Below are positions 60,438 through 64,000 of a DNA stretch of 64,000 bases, piece by piece. The position numbers and the translations under genes were made by a program. Numbering within the stretch: the stretch's first letter is position 1; each line of letters starts with the position of its first letter. The notes beneath the pieces were generated by a model. That model ran no database searches. It saw only the letters and a program-made list of their open reading frames with translations, and had not been told where the DNA came from. Source of the DNA: Octopus vulgaris (taxonomy: Eukaryota); assembly GCA_951406725.2 (NCBI GenBank), contig OX597823.1, positions 47,678,001 to 47,742,000 of the forward strand. Direction: 5' to 3'.

Positions 60438-61691
60438 CAGGGTGTGTAAATTATTTGAGGACCTTTTTTTGGTCATTGCAGCTTCTTTGCAAACTCTGTA
60501 TAATCTTTGTTTCAGAAAATAATAATGCCAAACCCTCAGCTTACTCAAGAAAATAAGAGGCATGCAGTTATTATGGTTATAAAGGCTGAGCATAGTGATT
60601 TAGAAATATCTCGATTTTTAAAATTTGCCATATCTTTCCTCTACAAAGTTTATAACAAGCTAAAGACTGAAGATGGAAATGTATCACCAACATCAAAACA
60701 TAAAAAGCATTCTAAACTCTCTGAAATCATCAGAACACCTGAATTTATCCAACAAGTTCAACAGACCATTGATTCCAATCCCAGAAAGTCCATGAGGTCA
60801 AATGCAAAAGTTCTCATGTGTCAGAAGGAACGGTCAGAAATGTTTTCCATGAAGACATCAGATATAAGTCTTATATAATGAGGAAATGTCAATTTGTCAG
60901 AAAAAGCAAAAGAAAATCGCTATATCAGATCTAAAAGGCTCTTAAACAAACTGAAAAGTCCACCAGAAGAAGATTTGATTTCGTTTTTCTCAAATGAGAA
61001 AAACTTCGACCAAGATCAAAAATTAATTGAAAAAATGATAGATGGTTATGTGCAGACACTTCTGAAGTTCCAAATGTTAAGCATGCAAAATATCCTGCAA
61101 CTGTCATGGTTTTAGGTGTTGTCAGCAATGAAGGACATGTGATGCCTCCTTACATTTTTCTACAAGGCCTTAGTGTTAGCTCTGCCACCTACATTGAGGC
61201 CCTGGAAATCATTGTTAAGCCCTGGATATACAGTGTGTGCAACAGAAGGCCATGGGTGTTTCAGTAAGACCCTGGACTATCACACATGGCTCTAGTAACA
61301 CAGGAATGATTGGCTGAAAATTTTGATGATCACATAACCCCTAACACTTGGCCTCCTTATTCCCCAGTCTCAATCCATTGGACTATTACATGTGGAGGGT
61401 TGTTGAGAGAGAGGTCAATGAACATGCCCATAGCACCAAAGATTCTTTGAAAGCTGCCATAGTCAGAGTAATGTCCAAAATGAACCAGGACCACTTGATT
61501 CGAGCATATAGCTGATTTAGATCTCATATAGAAGCAGTTTCTGATGTTGAAGGTTTGATTTATTGAATAAAATTATAGAAAAGAAGGTTTATTTTTATCC
61601 TCATAGCATTGTTTGATAAATAAAGTTATTATGTATTATCATATATCTGTTTTTTTATAAACATAAATCTGTCTTCAAATATCTTAAACAT

Positions 61692-61695
<4 letters not shown>
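60438..61695 (+). mobile_element. Full-length decayed Tc1/mariner element, maT (DD37D)-like; transposase ~60525-61570 with stops and frameshifts
   Basis: Imperfect TIRs (CAGGGTGTGTAAATTATTTGAGGAC / GTCTTCAAATATCTTAAACATCCTA) between TA dinucleotides. Motifs FFSNEKNF, VMVLGVVSNEG, WVFQ*D, WPP.SP.LNPLDY. Confidence 0.85.
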
Positions 61696-61769
<74 letters not shown>

Positions 61770-64000
61770 TGTATATATCATGCTGCAATTGTTATATATA
61801 TATCAGCTTGCATACATGCGTGTTTATAAATACACCACATACATAAAATGCATAGACACACACCAAGATAATAGTAATAACACACATAACTATAAGGCTA
61901 ATTAGACAAGGAAAACCAAATTTGTTACTGATTGATATACCATGTTCATTTAATTCCAGTATTGTGAAGAAAGAAGACGGAAATTAAAAAAATATGCAAT
62001 CCCTTAAAATCTGATATTGCGAGAATTTGTAATATGGAATCTGTAAATGTCGAGCTTGTAATAATGGACACATTTGAGACTGTGTGTAATGATATAGACA
62101 AATAGTTAAAAGCAATTGGAATAGAATGTTTTGTAGACCTACAGAATGTTTGCCTCTTACCAACATAAAATCTACCAGGAATAAGACCAAACATGAGTCA
62201 AGTTGAATAATAATGATAAAAATAATAATAATGCTTTCAAACTTTGGCACAAGGCCAGTAATTTCAGTGTAAGGGGTAAGTCAATTGCATCAACCCCAGG
62301 GTTCAACTGGTACTTATTTTATTGACCCTGAACAGATGAAAGGCAAAGTCAACCTTGGTGGCATTTAAACTCGGAGTATAAACTCAGAAGAAATGCTGTG
62401 AGCATTTTGTCTGGTGTGGAAATAATTCTGCCGGCTCACCACCTTATTAATGATGATGATGATGTATATAGGGGATCCTTCCTTTATTAGATTCAAGGGC
62501 TTGATGAAACTCTACTTCTAAAAAGTTACTGGACCTTGTTCCCCAAATTCTGACACTTCTCATAACAAATCTGTCTAATGTTTGTGTTCGTATTCTGTCC
62601 TTTTCATGCTGTTTAACCCTTTTGAGACCAAGCCACCTGAAACAGACCCTAGTTCTGGGATACCACTCCTTGTTTAAAGTAACCTAAATAAGTCTTCCAT
62701 TAAAATTTCCTGTTAATTTATGTTCCAAACACCACCTAAGAATGACAAAGTTATTTTACTAAATTTTGCCCAAAGTCCTATTGCATAGCACCTTGGGCAA
62801 GTTTCTTCTACTATAGCCCCGGGCCAACCAAAGCCTTGTGAGTGGATTTGGTAGATGGAAACTGAAAGAAGCCTGTCGTATATATGTATATGTATGTGTC
62901 TATGTGCATGTATCTTTGAGTTTGTCTCCCCATCACTGCTTTATAACTGGTGTTGGTGTGTTTACATCCCCTATAAATTAGTGGTTCAGCAAAAGAGACC
63001 GATAGAATAAGTACTTGGCTTAAGAAATAAGTCTTGAAGTCGATTTGTTTGACCAAAACCCTTCATGGTGGTGCTCCAGCATGGCTACAGTCAAATGACT
63101 GAAACAAGTAAAAGAAAATTATTTTCAAAATTAATTGAGACAAAGATAGTATTTTTCAGCAGAAATATAGTAACAAAAGGATTAAAATGTTATCGTATTT
63201 CATTCTCATTCTTCACATCTTCCAATAATTTTTTGTGTATGCTATATTAGTATCTTTTTAGAGCTTTGTTTTTCATGTGGATGATTGTGAATTTCATATC
63301 ATTTGAAATGGATGATGGTTCTTTCACCACTTCATAATGAAATAGTACTTCCTCAACAAAGAATGTCTTCTCTTACCATGAAGCCTCACAGTTTTAATAG
63401 CACCTTTTTTTTTCACTCAGGTTTATTTTCATTGGGTCTTTTGCTGCTGGTATTGAGGATGGTTTATTTTTATTTACTATCTCATGAGTTATGCCTAGTA
63501 ATGCCTTAAAATCAACTACCTCTGTGTCTTGGTTGTTAAGTTTTACTTTTGCTTTTAAGGTTTCTCATCATCATCAACATTATCATTTAACATCTGTTGT
63601 CCATGCTAGCATGAGTTGGACAGCTTGACCAGAGCTGGCAAGCTGGGGAGCTGCATCAGACCCCAGTCTGATTTGGCATGGTTTCTATGGCTGGATGCCC
63701 TTCTTAATGCCAACCACTTTACAGGGTGTGCTGGGTGTTTTTACGTGGCACCACGCAGGTGCTTTTATGCAATTCCACAAGGGCACTTTTATGTGACACT
63801 GTACAGGCACTTTCATGTGGAACCACATGGGTGCCTTTACATGTATATAAAGCCCTTAAGTGCCAGATTGTTTATGTTGTATGTTTGAGTTTTAAGGTCT
63901 TCCTCTCAGTTCCATTTACAAAACGTAATTCCGATTTTGTTTTGTGATCATATTCACACAAAAGATAGACATGCAAGCCACAGACTACATCCTACGTACA

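Noticed and set aside
63250-63565. Possible coding relic on the minus strand (..KKRCY*NC..)
   Set aside because: Interrupted by stops and no family could be assigned with confidence.

Overview
Eukaryotic genomic DNA. The repeat landscape of the right half resembles an octopus/cephalopod genome (inference). The window has two very different parts. (1) 1-34.7 kb is an uninterrupted head-to-tail, same-strand array. It holds 17 complete and 1 partial ORF1(gag-like)-only units of ~1.7-1.8 kb in four sub-families (A, B, A/B chimeras, D), followed by one full-length L1/Tx1-group LINE with an intact 1131-aa APE-RT-zinc-finger ORF2. Every unit and the LINE end in the same 3' module: a hairpin with a GGGG loop, a complementary CCCC tract, TGTCCC...GCCCCTTGTGGGT and AATAAA. 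Several junctions look like 16-20 nt target-site duplications of the neighbour's 5' end. One unit carries a cluster of 16 sense-strand A-to-G changes with ADAR-like context in its C-terminal domain. Together these suggest a self-targeting, two-component retroelement array (HeT-A/TAHRE- or HAL1-like logic) whose RNA edits may be written back into DNA. (2) 35-64 kb is AT-rich non-coding DNA with microsatellites, several SINE families and decayed transposon relics (Tc1/mariner, maT DD37D, Helitron, R4/Dong-like, Penelope GIY-YIG, RTE-like). No host gene could be recognised.
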